From NCBI RefSeq assembly GCF_030684315.1, contig NC_081372.1, forward strand, positions 51,308,987 through 51,372,986: a DNA stretch of 64,000 nt, written 5' to 3'. Under the pieces are notes generated by a model. It was not told where the DNA came from and did not search any database. It saw only the letters and a list, made by a program, of their open reading frames with translations. A program made the position numbers and the translations under genes. Each line of letters starts with the position of its first letter. Within the stretch, counting starts at the first letter, position 1. This DNA comes from Stegostoma tigrinum. Taxonomy: Eukaryota. Below, one piece after another: positions 37,734-53,080 of this stretch.

Positions 37734-40020
37734 TTTGCCGAGCACTTCAACGCAGCTCGTAAGAATGTCCCTGTGCTTTCTTTGACGTGTCATTTTAATT
37801 CACCATGATGCTCTCTGGCTGACATTGACTTGGCCTGCTGCACTGTTCCAAGGAAGGTCAAGGTAACAAGCTGTGCCTTGTCTTTCAATAAGGCATTTTA
37901 TAGCTGCATGGGCTCCAACTTTTCATTCCATTTCACAGAGTGCTACATTTTGTTTCCAAATCTTTCCTTTTGAATATTTGTTCAGTAAAGGTGCACACCT
38001 GCTTCAGGCACATATTGGCTTATTTGTTTGCTTTCTTGCCCTAAATCAATTTCCTTTGGCCCCAGAAGACTGAATCTTCTGTCATCAATTTTCCCTGTCT
38101 TTCATTGCATCACAGATCTTTCTTTTGTACGAAACATGGCCGGGTGGAGAACTAAATTCACAGGCCTCTGAAATCTGCAAAATTAAAGAATGAAGGCCCC
38201 CACCTAAAACCCAGCACAGGAAATGCTTTTGGAATTTTCATGATTCCATCACGCTGTGAGATTTCTTCACCTCCCCAGGCCAACTTCCAGATTCTGTGAG
38301 TGCCTGCCTCGACGTAAGAATTTTCCTCCAAGCAGGCTGGTCTTGATATCTGTCCAGCACGTAGATAAATATATTGTGCAGTACTATCACCTGGATGTAC
38401 CTACGATTCGCGTGTGACTGTTTTGGATGAATGTCTTGAGCCACTGCCATCCATTTAGTGCAAGTCAGCTCACAATGTCTGCATGGAGGGAGTACCAGGT
38501 ACTTGATGCAAAGTCATGGTGTGAATGGAGATATAGTTCCAAGTCAGGAAGGTGAGTGGCTTGGAATGGAATGTGCAGGTGGTGGTGTTCCCATGTACTT
38601 GCTGCCATTCTACTTCCAGGTGGCAATGTTCATGGGATAAGCATATTTTTTCAACAGAACCTTGGTGAATTTCTGTGTTGCATCTTGTATGTGGTGATGA
38701 ATGTATTTTTAAACTACTTGATCATTGATTTCATTTTTGTGTTTCATACTTTAAATTGTGTGAGGCAATGCCATCTCATTTTGACTCTAACTCTGAGGGT
38801 TGCACAGTGGTTCGCACTGCTGACTAACAGTGAGAGAGAGCTGGGTGCAATTCCACCCTTGGCTAATTGTCTGCGTGGAGTTTGCACATTCTCCCTGAAT
38901 GTACATGGGTTTACTCTGGTTACTGCAGTTACTTCCTGTAGAACAAAGATGTGCATGTTAGGCGAACAAGCCATGCCAAATTGACCATGGTATCTTGGGG
39001 AGGGTAGATTAGATGAATAAGCCATGGGAAATGCAGGGTTACAAGGATAGAGGAGAGTGAGGGATGCTCTTTGGAGGGTTGGTGTGGACTTGATGGACTA
39101 AGTAGCCTGTTTCCACACTGTTGGGATTCTATGATTAAACATAGTAGCACAATGGTTTACTCATAACAATCATTTCAGTGAACTGTCACCAACTGCAGCT
39201 TGTTGTGCTATAGACTGTGCTGTGGTTCAGTTTGAATGATTCTTGTCTGTGAATTCAAATTTGTAGTTTTCTGGTCGGACCCTGAAGCTGCTGATTAATG
39301 GGCAGTGTAAGGCCATGGGAATGTTGCAGTTTCAGGTAATTTGTCTTTTGGATGACAGCCATCATCTATGGATCCTGGGATACGATTTAAAAGAAGGGCT
39401 GGAGACGCAAAAATTTAGTCCACAAGCATCTGAAGAGTGGCTTGTGTACTGATGTGGAATTTGCTGTGTGCAGGTTGGTGACTGCGAATCCTTGATGAAA
39501 TACCGAATACCCTTTCAAAATACTTCAATATTTAGAAGAACTGTCAAGATCTGCTGTGTTCATGAAAGATGTGCTAAATAAAGAAAATGGTTTTGCTGCC
39601 AATATATAGAAACTGATTTTTCGTTGTGTAATTTAACATTGTTGCCTCCTGGAAATAGAGAATAAATATCCAGAGAATCCATGTCATTGACCAGGTGAAA
39701 TGCAACAATAACTGTCTGGAAAAATCAATCAGAACTTTGCAAGGAAATTGTTGTGAATAAATTGTGCCGTATTCCATATGGATCGCAAAATGCCGAAACT
39801 TGTCATTCATCGGAGATTGCTTCTTCCTCACAAAGAAAGAACTGCAGCAAATATGAAGCTCTTTGTTACATGTGTAGCTCCAGTCCTGTTGAACAGATTT
39901 TGAATTTTTTGCAATCATTGAGTGTATTCAGATGCCGAGGCTGTTGGCTGCAGAAGGGCGACAGCACAGAGTTCATTAAATTGTTGAATCATAATGGGTG
40001 GCTAACAGATGTTGACTTTT

Positions 40021-42783
40021 TTACTGGACATTCTACAACAACTTCGACCATTCTGAAAAGTTTGGAAGATATTTGATTGAAAACCTAAATAGTTTAAATA
40101 CTCAATACTAAACCAACACAATATCGCTAATTTTTAAAAAATTTGCACATACCATCAAAATCAAGATTGCATCACTGTTCTTGTCCCACTCGCTGATGAA
40201 TTCATGAAATTCCTCCTCGGTAACATGCTCCCCAGCCTCCTCGATGACAATATTCAGCTCATCACGATCAATGAGACTGTCAGCATTGCTAGAGTCATCA
40301 AGAAAAGTGTGAATGTCACAATCCAGCAATGTTTTCTACATTACCAAAATAGAAATAGTGAAAAGATCATATTCATCTAATTTCAGTTTCTTTCTGTCTG
40401 GAAATTTACATTGTTTAATCTCATCAAGTAATCCATTTTAATCACTGGCTTACAACAAATCGAGATATGTTGTACAATCATCTGAGGAAACAGCTTCATA
40501 CAGCTTAGGTCTAAACTCACCTGTTCCATCCAAAAATGATATATTTCCCACACAATGTCTCAAATTTCTCAAGGCCTGAATTGCACCGTGTGCCCTCTGC
40601 TCTGAAAGCAATTACAAAATATTTGTCATTATAGCCTTTGACTCTCTGAGTTGGAACTAGCTTCCCTTTCATTCCAGTGACAATAATGAATCACACTTGC
40701 TGTGTCCACAATTTGGTTCATGACAGTTTTCTTCTGAAAATCTTCGATTGATTTTCTCTTCTTATGTTCTCCATCACTTTTTACGTGGATAAGTGTGTTG
40801 CTGACAAGGACTGCATTGTTGTCCATGCCTAATTGCTCTTTAATGGGGTTGCTTGTTCAGTAATTTCAGAGTGCAGTTACAAATCAGACAACGTTCCACT
40901 GGTCTGGATATATATTCCGGCCAGCAAGGTAAGGATGGCAGATTGTCTTCCTTGAAAGAGACAAGTGAACCACATAGGTTTTCACAACAATCAATAACAC
41001 TTGTCACGATCATCACCACATCACTTTTATGCTGCAGATGTATTGATTGAGTTTACTATATCACTAGCTCACAGGATGAGATTTAAAAGTTTGTTTCTGG
41101 AGCATCAGCAGGCTCCACTGGCTCGCTAGCCCGGGACGTTTCCACTGTGCTACTATCTCCCTGAAGTGAGAACATGCTGTCTGTCAAAGTTGTCAAAACA
41201 TCTGTGAGTATTGCATATATCTATGGATCACTCTTTAGTCTTCTTTGTTGAAGGGACAATAGACTCAACTGTTAATACTTTCCTGATGTGTGAAGCTGAG
41301 GATTTTTAGTCTCAACCTGGTCAATCCTCAAAGAACTGTCTCCAGGCAACTCTGATATCTTTTAGTATAAAATCATGAAAGGTGCACCATGTCACATGCA
41401 ATGTAAATGAAACAAATTTCAATACATGTTTGCCAGTTGCGAGTCCTGCTAGGAATGTTCTAGGAACAAATGTTTCCACACTTCTACCTCACTTTGGATA
41501 TGAAGAAATTATATTGAGCTGAAAACACAGACTCTTTTTTGCTTCTCTAGGTAGATGGTGTTAAAGCGAGTGACATTAATGATTCTCATTATTATTTCAT
41601 CTTTTCAGCTTCTGCAGTATTTTGTATCATTGACATACTCGTTTGCTGCAACGGTTTACTTACATGAAGCAAAAGGTAAAGTCACCTTTGTGTCAACATA
41701 TCAGGTGGCTGCTATTTCATTAGAGAGAGATGATTGGTGGTGAGTTCGACCAGACGGTCACTGTGACTGAGTTGAGAGTTGAGGGGTGTCATTCACGGTA
41801 ACTTGAGCTGGTGTAGGAATTAAACCCACACTATTGTGTATGCTCTCCCTTGCAAACCAGTTAACCAGGGAACTGAGCTAATCGGTCCCGTACCCTACAT
41901 TTCCTTGAAGCAGGGATGTTTTTCTGATTGCTTTGCTGATCTTTTAGAAACTTGTCTCTTTTTCAATACATACAACGGAGAATCAACAAACTCAAAATAG
42001 AATTGCTGCGCTATCATGTTTATACCAGTCATGTAGAATCTCAAACTCACCCATCAAATACGCGAAAGAATTCTGCGATGTCTTTGTCAGACATCCTTTC
42101 ACTTCTTCTCTCATTTGACTCGCCATCGTCACTAAGAACTCTTCAAAATCAATGGTGCCGCTACCTAAGACCACACTCAGTTGTAAGCTCTGTCCATTGT
42201 TAAACATGAATATTTGTGAACCAAACGATTTTTGAAGTGAAACTGCTAATGTTTAAGCTGCATGTTACCCTTTTTGAGACCAATTGCAATCTGAGAATTG
42301 ACTATCTTTGGGACACCCAAGATATCAGGCAAACGTGAAATGAAGTAAACTGTTGCGTACTAAATCGTGAAGATATGAAATAATTTACAATTAGATTTAG
42401 AATTTTTTTATCATGTGTACTCAAGTACAGTATTACAGGAGTACAGTGAAAATGTACAACATTGCCACGCATGTCCCATTTCTTGATAAAAGGTACTTGC
42501 GCCCAAAAAATGTAGGTACAAATTAGTAACTGAAAAAGAGTTAAAAAGTTGTGCGTTACCTTCAGATAGCAAGTAGAAAAATAAAGAATAAAGATCATAG
42601 TTAACATTACAGTTCTTCTTAATTTAGTCTAGAAAGTAGAACAGCTTTTTTACCTCCAGTATTTTTCTTCTCTGCTCCAGAAGGATTCGTCGAAGAAATA
42701 ACTTCACAGAGTAAAGTTACGCACAACACAATTTGGATTCTGCTGTACATTGGAACGATCAAACGCACAAACTGGAAGACCAT
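40021..42783 (-). pseudogene. Troponin-C-derived gene copy 9 (D-type), frameshifted
   Basis: Duplicate of copy 4 with exons 42783-42654, 42164-42051, 40288-40153 and 40052-40021. It has the same two -1 frameshifts plus an extra TAG in the last exon. Confidence 0.82.
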
Positions 42784-45470
42784 TTTGCCGAGTACTTCAA
42801 CGCAGCTCGTAAGAATGTCCCTGTGCTTTCGTTGACGTGTCATTTTAATTGCCCATGATGCTCTCTGACTGACATTGACTTGGCCTGCTGCACTGTTCCA
42901 AGGAAGGTCAAGGTAACAAACTGTGCCTTGTCTTTCAACAAAGCATTTTATAGCTGCATCGGCTGCAACTTTTCATTCCATTTCACAGAGTGCTCCATTT
43001 TGTTTCCAAATCTTTCCTTTTGAATGTTTGTTCAGTAAAGGTGCACACCTGCTTCAGGCACATTTTGGTTTATTTGTTTGCTTTCTTGCCCCAAATCAAT
43101 TTGCTTTGGCCCCAGAAGACTGACTCTTCTGTCATCAAATTTCCCTGTCTTTCATTGCATCACAGATCTTTCTTTTGTACGAAAGATGGCCGGGTGGAGA
43201 AGTTAAATGACAGGCCTCTGAAATCTGCAAAATTAAACAATGAAGGCCCCCATTGAGAACCCAGCACAGGAAATGCTTTTGGAAATTTCATGATTCCATC
43301 ACCCTGTGAGACTTCTTCACCTCCCCGTGCCAACTTCCGGATGCTGTGAGTGCCTGCCTCGAGGTAAGAATTTTCCTCCAAGCAGGCTGGTCTTGATATC
43401 TGTTCAGCACGTAGATAAATATATAGCGAGGTACTATCACCTGGATGTGCCTACTATTCACTTGTGACGTTTTGGTTGAATGTCTTGAGCCACTGCCATC
43501 CATTTAGTGCAAGTCAGCTCACAATGTCTGCAATGACACAAAGACATGGTGTAAATGGAGATATAGTTCCAAGTCAGGATGGTGAGTGTCTTGCAGGGGA
43601 ATGTGCAGGTGGTGGTGTTCCCATGTACTTGCTGCCGTTCTATTTCCAGGTGGTAAAGTTCATGGGATAAGCATATTTTTTCGACTGAACCTTGGTGAGT
43701 TTCTGTAATGCATCTTGTAAATGGTGCTGAGTGTATTGTTACACTACTTGTTCCTTGATTTCATGTGTGAGTTTCATACTTTAAGTTGTTTGAGGCAATT
43801 GTCACCTCTTTTTGCCTTCAACACTAAGTGTTGCACAGTGTATCAGTGGTTTGCACTGTTGCCTCACGTAGAGCTGAGTTCAATTCCACCCTTGGCCAAC
43901 TGTCTGCGTGGAGTTTGCACATTCTCCCTGTGTCTATGTGGGTTTCCTCTGGTTACTCCATTTAATTCCTGCAGGCCAAAGATGTGCATGCTAGGTGAGC
44001 AGGCCATGCTAAATTGCGCATGGTATCTTGGGGAGGGTAGATTCTATGAATTAACCATGGGAAATGCAAGGTTACAAGGAAAGAGTTGCGTGAGGGATGG
44101 TCCATAGAGTGTTGGTGTAAATGTGATGGACAATGCAGCCTGTTTCCACACTGTTAGTATTCTACGATTAAACATAATGGTGCAATGGTTTACTCATAAC
44201 AATTCTTTAAGTGAACTTTCACCAACTGCAGCTTGTTTTGCAGAATTATTGTGATAAATGTATTGTTATACGACTTGTTCCTTGATTTACTGCATGTGTT
44301 TCATGCTTTAAATGTTGTGAGGCAATTGCCATCTTGTCTTTCCCTGTAATTCTAAGGGTTGCATGGTGTCTCAGTGGTTAGCACTGCTTCCTCACAGTGA
44401 CAGGGAGCTGTGTTCAATTCCACTCTTGGCCAACTGTCTGTGTGGAGTTTGCACATTCTCCCTGTGTCTATGTGTTTCCCCCAGTTGCTCCAGTTCCTTC
44501 CCATAGTCCAAAGATATGCATTTTGGCCAGTTTGGCCATGCTAAGTTGCCCATAGTATCTCGGGGAGAGTAGGTTAGATGAATTAGCCATGGGAGATGCA
44601 GGGTTACAAGTACAGGGGAGAGCGTGGGATGCTCTGTGGACGAGTGGTGTGGGCTTGATGGGCTGAATAGCCTACTTCCACACTGTAATGATTCTATCGT
44701 TAAACATAAAGGCACAATGGATCACTCATAACAATCATTTGAGTAAATGTTCACCAACTGCAGCTTGTTGTGCTAATGACTGAGCTGTGGCTCTGTTTGA
44801 TGCACTCATGTCTGTGAATGCCAAGTAGTGGTTTCTAGTCTAACACTCGAACCTGCTGACGAGCGCCCAGTGTAATACCAAGGGTGTGTTGCTTCTCAGA
44901 TACTTTTTCTTTTGGATGACAGCCACGATCTGTGGATCCTCTAACATGATTTAAAAGACAAGCAGGAGAGGCCAATATTTATTCCTCATAATATCACAAA
45001 AACAGGTTATCTACTTCTGTGGGCTTTGTGTATGCAGTTTGATGACTGCATTTCCTTCATAAAATACTGAATACCCTTTCAAAATACTTCATATTTATAA
45101 CACCTGTTTAAGATATGCTGTGTTCATGAAAGATGTACCATTTAACTGGAAATGGTTTTGGTGCCAATATAGAAAACTCTTTTGAATGATATAATTGAAC
45201 ATTGTCAACTGCTAAAAATAGAGAACAAAAATCTACAGAATCCGTGGCATTCACTAAATGAAATGCAACAACAATTGGTTGGAAAAACATTGAGATTAGG
45301 TTTATTAGGAAAGGGTTGCAAATAAACTGTGCAGTGTTCCGTGCCGGTAAAAAAATGACAAAGCATTTCGTTCATAGGAGTTACGTCTTCCTCACAAAGT
45401 AAAAAACTGTAGCAGCCAGGAATTCATTAACTTGTTGAATCATAATGGATTGCTGAGGGACGCTGGTTAC

Positions 45471-45733
45471 TTATTGGGTCTTCTCCATCATCTTCACCCA
45501 TTCTGTAGACAGAGGAAGGTATATGATTCTTTTAAATACTCAATACTAAACCAATATAGTATCACTAATGAATTTGTTTTTATTATTTGGACATACAACA
45601 AACATCAAGTTTCCCATCATTGTTCTTGTCCGATTGTTTCATGAATTCATGAATTTCCTCCTCTGCAAAATGTTTCCCAATAGCATTGATGACAACATTC
45701 AGCTCATGACGATCGATGAAACCATCAGCATTG
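45471..45733 (-). pseudogene. Headless troponin-C-derived cassette, copy 10 (A-type)
   Basis: Duplicate of copy 5 at offset 26587, with exons 45733-45597 and 45502-45471. Confidence 0.8.
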
Positions 45734-48700
45734 CTGGAGTCAGCAAGGAAAGTATGAATGTCCCCAATCCAGTCAAGTTATCCTACTGACCAAAATAGAA
45801 GTTGCTGCATGAGAAAAGATCAGGTCCATCTCATTTCACTTTGTTTTCTGCCTGGAAATTTACATTATTTAATCACTGGTCTAAAACATATCTAGATGTA
45901 ATGTATGAACATCTCAGGAAAGAGCTTCAGAAACCTCAGGTCTAAAGTCATCTGTTCAATCCGAGAAAGCTACACTTCCCACACAATGTCTCAAATTACT
46001 CAAGTCCTGAACAGAATAGTGTGCCCTCTACTCTGAATGCAATTTCAAAGAATTTGTCTTTATAAACTTCTATTACATTCAATCCATGCCTCGCTTCCCT
46101 TTAATTGGTATTGTAATCTTGAATACATTTTTGTTTCGACATTTTTGGTCATGGCAGTTTTTGTTTGAAGTATCTTCGGATGATTGTCTCTACTTATGCC
46201 CTCCGTAGCTTTTTACATGGATCTGACAAGGGCGGCATTGTTGTCCATGCCGAATTGCTCTCGAATGGACTTGCTCGATGAGTAATTCCAGAATGCAGTT
46301 ACACATCAGACACAATTCTAGTGAACTGGAGACACTTTCAGACCAGAGAGGTAAGGATGGTGGATTGTCTTCCATAAAGGACTCAAGTGAATCAGAGAGG
46401 CTTTCACAATAATCAGTGGCAACTGTCACAGTCATCCTTAAAGTTATGCTACAGGTTTTTTGACTGAGTTTTCTAATTCAACAGCTGACAGGATGCGATT
46501 TCAAAGCTTGCTCCTGGAGCATCAGCATGGGCTACTGGCTCGTTAGTCCAGTGATAGTTCCACAATCTTCCCATCTCCCTGAAGTGAAAACATGCTGTCT
46601 GCCCATGTTGTCAAAATATCTATGAACTTTGCATCCGTATTTGTGTCACCACCTGCTTGCAACAGTAGTCGACTCACCAAATTTAAGGGCATTTAAATTG
46701 TCATTGGATATACATATGGATGATAATGGAATAGTGTAGGTTAGATGGGCTTCAGATTGGTTTCACAGGTCAGCACAACATCAAGGACCGAATGGCCTGT
46801 GCTGCACTGTAATGTTCTCTGTTCTATCTTCTTTATTGAAGCGAAAGTAGACTCAACTGTTAATCTTTTCCCTCGGTGTACACCTGAGCATTTCTAGTCT
46901 CATCCTCGTAAATCCAGGAAGCACGATCTCCAGTGCCACTTCAACCCTTTTTATGAAATGATGAAAGTAACTGCGTGTGACATATGATGCAGATGAAACA
47001 AATTTCAATACATGTTTGAAAGTTGCGAGTTTTGCTGGAAACGTTTCTTGCACCAAATGTTTCTGTATTTCTACCTCAATTCAGGTTTGAAGAAATTGTG
47101 TTGGACCCAGACACAAACACCGTTTACATGTCTCTAAAGATGGTGCTAAACAGTGAGATTTGTACTCTATGTACTCAGTGTACTCTATTTTCTTTCCTTT
47201 TTAATATTTGTTCAGCTAGAGGCACACCTGGCTGAGGCTCATTTTGGTATATTTGTTTACTTTCTTGCACCAAATCAATTTCCTTTGACCCCTGAGGACT
47301 GACTCGTCCACAATCAGTTTTCCCTGTAACCCACTGCATCACAGATCTTTCTTTTGTACGAAAGATGGCCAGGTGGAGAACTAAAATGACAGGCCTCTGA
47401 AATCTGCAAGATTAAAGAATGAAGGCCCCCATTGAAAACCCAGCACAGGAAATGCTTTTGGAATTTTCATGTTTACATCACGCTACGAGATTTCTTCACC
47501 TCCCCAGACCAAGTCCCAGATTCTGTGAGTGCCTGCCTTGAGGTAAGAATTTTCCTCCAAGCAATCTGGTCTTGAGCTGGGTGCAATTCCACCGTTGGCC
47601 AACTGTCTGCGTGGAATTTGTACATTCTCCCTGCGTGTACATGGGTTTACTCTGGCTACTGCATTTACTTCCCGTAGACCAAAGATGAGCCTGTTAGTGA
47701 ACAAACCATGCTTAATTGCCCATGGTATCTTGGGGAGGGTAGACTAGATGAATAAGCCATGGGAAATGCATGGTTACAAGGATAGAGGAGAGTGAGGGAT
47801 GCTCTTTGGAGGGTTGGTGTGGACTTGATGGACTAAGTAGACTGTTTCCACAATGTAAGGATTCTATCATAAAATGTAATGGTGCGATGGTTTACTCATA
47901 ACAATCATTTCAGTGAACTGTCACCAACTGCAGCTTGTTGTGCTCTAGACTGTGCTGTGATTCAGAGTGAAGCATTCTTGTGTGTGAATTCAAATTTGTA
48001 GTTTCCAATCTGGCATTGACAGCAGCTGATTAATGTGCAGTGAATGGCAGTGATAATGTTGAACTTTAAGATAATTTGTCATTTGGATGACAGCCGTCAT
48101 CTGTGGATCCTGGGATATGATTTGAAAGGAGAGCCGGAGAGGCCAATATTTATTCCTCATATTATCACAAAAATGGCTTATCTACGAATGTAGAATTTGC
48201 TGTGTGCAGGTTGTTGATGAAGTATTCTTCATGAAGTGTTGAATACCCTTTGAAAATACTTTAGTATTTATACGACTATCGAGATATGCTGTGTTCATGA
48301 AAGATGTGCCATGTCAAGAAAATGGTTTTGCTGCCAATATTTCGAAACTGCTTTTTCACTTTCTCATTTGATTTTGTCGCCTGCTGAAAATAGAGGATAA
48401 ATATCCAGAGAATACCTGTCACTCACAAGTGGAATGCAACAACTGGGTGGAAAAAATTGGCATTAACTTTATTAGGAAATGGTTTTGAATAAATTGTGCA
48501 GCGTTCCAGGCTGAGAGGAAAATCACTGAGCATTTCATACATATGCGATTGCTTCTTCCTCACAAAGAGAGACTTACAGCAGTTATGAAGCTCTTTGCTA
48601 TATATGTAGCTCCAGTCCTGTCAAACAGATTTTGAATTCTTTGCAATCATTGAGTGTATTTCAGATGTCTAGGCAGTGATTCGGAGAAGGGAGACGACGC

Positions 48701-50042
48701 ACAGGTCATGAAATTTTTGTATCACAGTGGGTTGCTGATGGATGTTGGCTGTTTTATTGGACATTCTCCAACATCTTCGACCATTCTGTGAAGGGTGGAA
48801 GACATTTGATTGAAAGCAGACATAGTTTAAATACTCAGTAATAAACCCACACAATATCGCTAATTTTTAAACATTTGCACATACCATCAAAGTCAAGTTT
48901 GCCATCACTGTTCTTGTCCCACTCCCTGATGAGTTCATGAACTTCCTCCTCTGTAACATGCTCCCCAGCAGCCATGATGGCAATATGCAGCTCAGAACAT
49001 TCGATGAAGCCGTCAGCATGGCTAGAGTCATCAAGAAAAGTATGAAAGTCCCCAATCCAGCAATGTTATCTGCCTTACCAAAATAGAAGTTGAGAAAAGA
49101 TCATATCCATCTAATTTCACTTTCTTTCTGTCTGGAAGTTTACATTATTTAATCTCATCAGGTAATCCAATTTAAAAACTGGCTTACAACAAATCTAGAT
49201 GTCATGCACGAACACATGTGGAAATAGCTTCATAAACCTCACATTTGAACTCACCTGTTTCATCCAAAAATGATACAGTTCCCACACAATGTCTCAAATT
49301 TCTCAAGACCTGAATTCAATAGTGTGCCCTCTGCTCTGAAAGCAATTACAAATAATTTGACATTATCACCTTGAATTATGTTCAATTGGAAATGGCTTCC
49401 CTTTCATTCAAATGATAATATTGAATCACACTTTGTGCTCTTCCACAATTTTGTTCGTGACAGTTTTGTTTTCTGAAAATCTTCTGTTGATATTCTCTCC
49501 TTATGTTCTCCATCGCCTTTTACGTGGATAAGTGTGTTGCTGACAACGACTGCATTGTTGTCCATGCCTAATTGCACTTGAATGGAGTTGCTTGTTCAGT
49601 AATTTCAGAGTGAAGTTACAAATCAGACAGCGTTCCACTGGTCTGGATATATATTCAGGCCAGCAAGGTAAGGATGGCAGATTGTCTTCCTTGAAGGAGA
49701 CAAGTGAACCACATAGGTTTTCACAACAACCACTCAGACTTTTCACTATCATCAACGACATCAGCTGCAGATGTATTGATTGAGTTTTCTATTTCACTAG
49801 CTCACCGGATGAGATTTGAAAGTTTGTTCTTGGAGCATCAGCATGATCCACTGGCTCGCTAGTCTGAGACATTTCCATTATGCTACTATCTCCCTGAAGT
49901 GAAAACATGCTGTCTATCCACATTTTCAAAACATCTGTGAGTATTGCAACCATCTATGGATCACCGTTTAGTCTTCTTTGTTGAAGGGAAAATAGTCTCA
50001 ACTGTTAATACTTTTACTTAATAACAGTTAAAACTGTTAATA

Positions 50043-53000
50043 ACCGCCGACGAAACCCCGCCCACGGTCGACGCCGACGGGACGCCGACGGAACCCCGCC
50101 CACGGTCGACGCCGAAGGAACCCCGCCCACGGCACCGGAACCGCTGCAGCAGTTACCACCTCCACGTCCAGGTACTTCACCACACACACGACCCTCACCG
50201 CAGCTGCTTCACCCACCCCGATCCTCCAACCGCTGACGGAACCCCGCCCACGGTCGACGCCGACGGAACCCCGCCCACGGCCGACGTAACCCCGCCCACG
50301 GCCGACGCCGGCGAAACCCCGCCCACGGCCGACGGAACCCCGCCCACGGCCGACGACCTCATCGCTCCGGCCACAACCTCCACAGCCAGCAACCCCAGAG
50401 GAGACAGCCACACTGAGCCCTGCCGCATCTTCACCATCCCCCCAGACCTCCCACTGACTGAGGACGAACGGTCAGTCCTTAGCAAGGGGCTCACCTTTGT
50501 CCCCCTACAACCACACATCAACGAATACCAGTCACGGTTGGACATAGAGCAGTTTTTCCGCCGTCTTCGCCTCCATGCCAACTTCTTCAACCGGTAACCC
50601 AACCCTCCTTCCACTGACCCCTTCACCCGCTTCCAGCACAAGTCCTCCTCCTGGACACCACCCCCAGGCCTCCTGGCCTCCCTCGACCTCTCCATCTCCA
50701 ACTGCCGTCGAGACATCAACCGCCTCAACCTCTCCACCCCTCTCACCCACTCCAACCTCTCCCCCGCAGAACGGGCAGCCCTCCGTTCCCTCCGCTCCAA
50801 CCCCAACCTCACCATCAAACCCGCAGACAAGGGTGGCGCAGTGGTATTATGGCGCACTGACCTCTACATCGCCGAGGCCAGACGCCAACTCTCCGACACC
50901 ACCTCCTACTGCCTCCTCGATCATGACCCCACACCCGAGCACCAAACCATCATCTCCAACACCATTCACGACCTCATCACCTCAGGGGACCACCCACCCA
51001 CAGCCTCCAACCTCATTGTTCCCCAACCCCGCACGGCCCGTTTCTATCTCCTTCCCAAAATCTACAAACCTGCCTGCCCTGGTCGACCCATCGTCTCAGC
51101 CTGCTCCTGCCCCACCGAACTCATCTCCACCTATCTGGACTCCATTTTCTCCCCTTTGGCCCAGGAACTCCCCACACGTCCGTGACACCACCCACACCCT
51201 CCACCTCCTCCAGGACCTCCAATTCCCTGGCCCCCAACACCTCATATTCACCATGGAAGTCCAGTCCCTGTACACCTGCATTCCGCATGGAGATGGCCTC
51301 AAGGCCCTCCGCTTCTTCCTGTCCCGCAGGCCTGACCAGTCCCCCTCCACCGACACTCGCATCCGCCTAGCTGAACTCGTCCTCACACTCAACAACTTCT
51401 CTTTTGACTCCTCCCACTTCCTACAGACTAAGGGGGTGGCCATGGGCACCCGCATGGGCCCCAGCTATGCCTGCCTCTTTGTAGGTTACGTGGAACAGTC
51501 CCTCTTCCACACCTACACAGGCCCCAAACCCACCTCTTCCTCCGGTACATTGATGACTGTATCGGCGCCGCCTCTTGCTCCCCAGAGGAGCTCGAACAGT
51601 TCATCCACTTCACCAACACCTTCCACCCCAACCTTCAGTTCACCTGGGCCATCTCCAGCACATCCCTCACCTTCCTGGACCTCTCAGTCTCCATCTCAGG
51701 CAACCAGCTTGTAACTGATGTCCATTTCAAGCCCACCGACTCCCACAGCTACCTAGAATACACCTCCTCCCACCCACCCTCCTGCAAAAATTCCATCCCC
51801 TATTCCCAATTCCTCCGCCTCCGCCGCATCTGCTCCCACGATAAGACATTCCACTCCCGCACATCCCAGCTGTCCAAGTTCATTAAGGACCGCAACTTTC
51901 CCCCCACAGTGATCGAGAACGCCCTTGACCGCGTCTCCCGTATTTCCCGCAACACATCCCTCACACCCCGCCCCCGCCACAACCGCCTTAAGAGGATCCC
52001 CCTCGTTCTCACACACCACCCTACCAACCTCCGGATACAACGCATCATCCTCCGACCATTTCGCCATTTACAATCCGACCCCACCACCCGACATTTTTCC
52101 ATCCCCACCCCTGTCTGCTTTCCGGAGAGACCACTCTCTCCGTGACTGCCTTGTTCGCTCCACACTGCCCTCCAAACCCACCACACCTGGCACCTTCCCC
52201 TGCAACCGCAGGAAATGCTACACTTGCCCCCACACCTCCTCCCTCACCCCTATCCCAGGCCCCAAGATGACATTCCACATTAAGCAGAGGTTCACCTGCA
52301 CATCTGCCAATGTGGTATACTGCATCCATTGTACCCGGTGTGGCTTCCTCTACATTGGGGAAACCAAGCGGAGGCTTGGAGACCGCTTTGCAGAACACCT
52401 CAGCTCAGTTCGCAACAAACAACTGCACCTCCCAGTCGCAAACCATTTCCACTCCCCCTCCCATTCTCTTGATGACATGTCCATCATGGGCCTCCTGCAC
52501 TGCCACAATGATGCCACCCAAAGGTTGCAGGAACAGCAACTCATATTCCGCCTGGGAACCCTGCAGCCATATGGTATCAATGTGGACTTCACCAGTTTAA
52601 AAATCTCCCCTTCCCCTACTGCATCCCTAAACCAGCCCAGTTCGTCCCCTCCCCCAACTGCACCACACAACCAGCCCAGCTCTTCCCCCCGGCCCACTGC
52701 ATCCCAAAACCAGTCCAACCTGTCTCTGCCTCCCTCACCGGCTCTTCCTCTCACCCATTCCTTCCTCCCACCCCAAGCCGCACCCCCAGCTACCTACCAA
52801 CCTCATCCCACCTCCTTGACCTGTCCGTCTTCCCTGGAATGACCTATCCCCTCCCTACCTCCCCACCTATACTCTCTCCACCTATCTTCTTTACTCTCCA
52901 TCTTCGGTCCGCCTCCCCCTGTCTCCCTATTTATTCCAGTTCCCTCTCCCCATCCCCCTCTCTGATGAAGGGTCGAGGCCCGAAACGTCAGCTTTTGTGC

Positions 53001-53080
53001 TCCTTGGCCTGCTGTGTTCATCCAGCCTCACATTTTATTATCTTGGAATGCTCCAGCATCTGCAGTTCCCATTATCTCTG
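50043..53080 (+). mobile_element. Penelope-like retroelement, second copy (copied with the higher-order repeat)
   Basis: Same insertion site, TSD, filler and disabling lesions as 23456-26482. It has 11 extra nt in the 5' GC-rich repeat. Confidence 0.95.
52959..52992 (+). ncRNA. Minimal hammerhead ribozyme motif, second copy
   Basis: Identical to 26361-26394. Confidence 0.75.
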
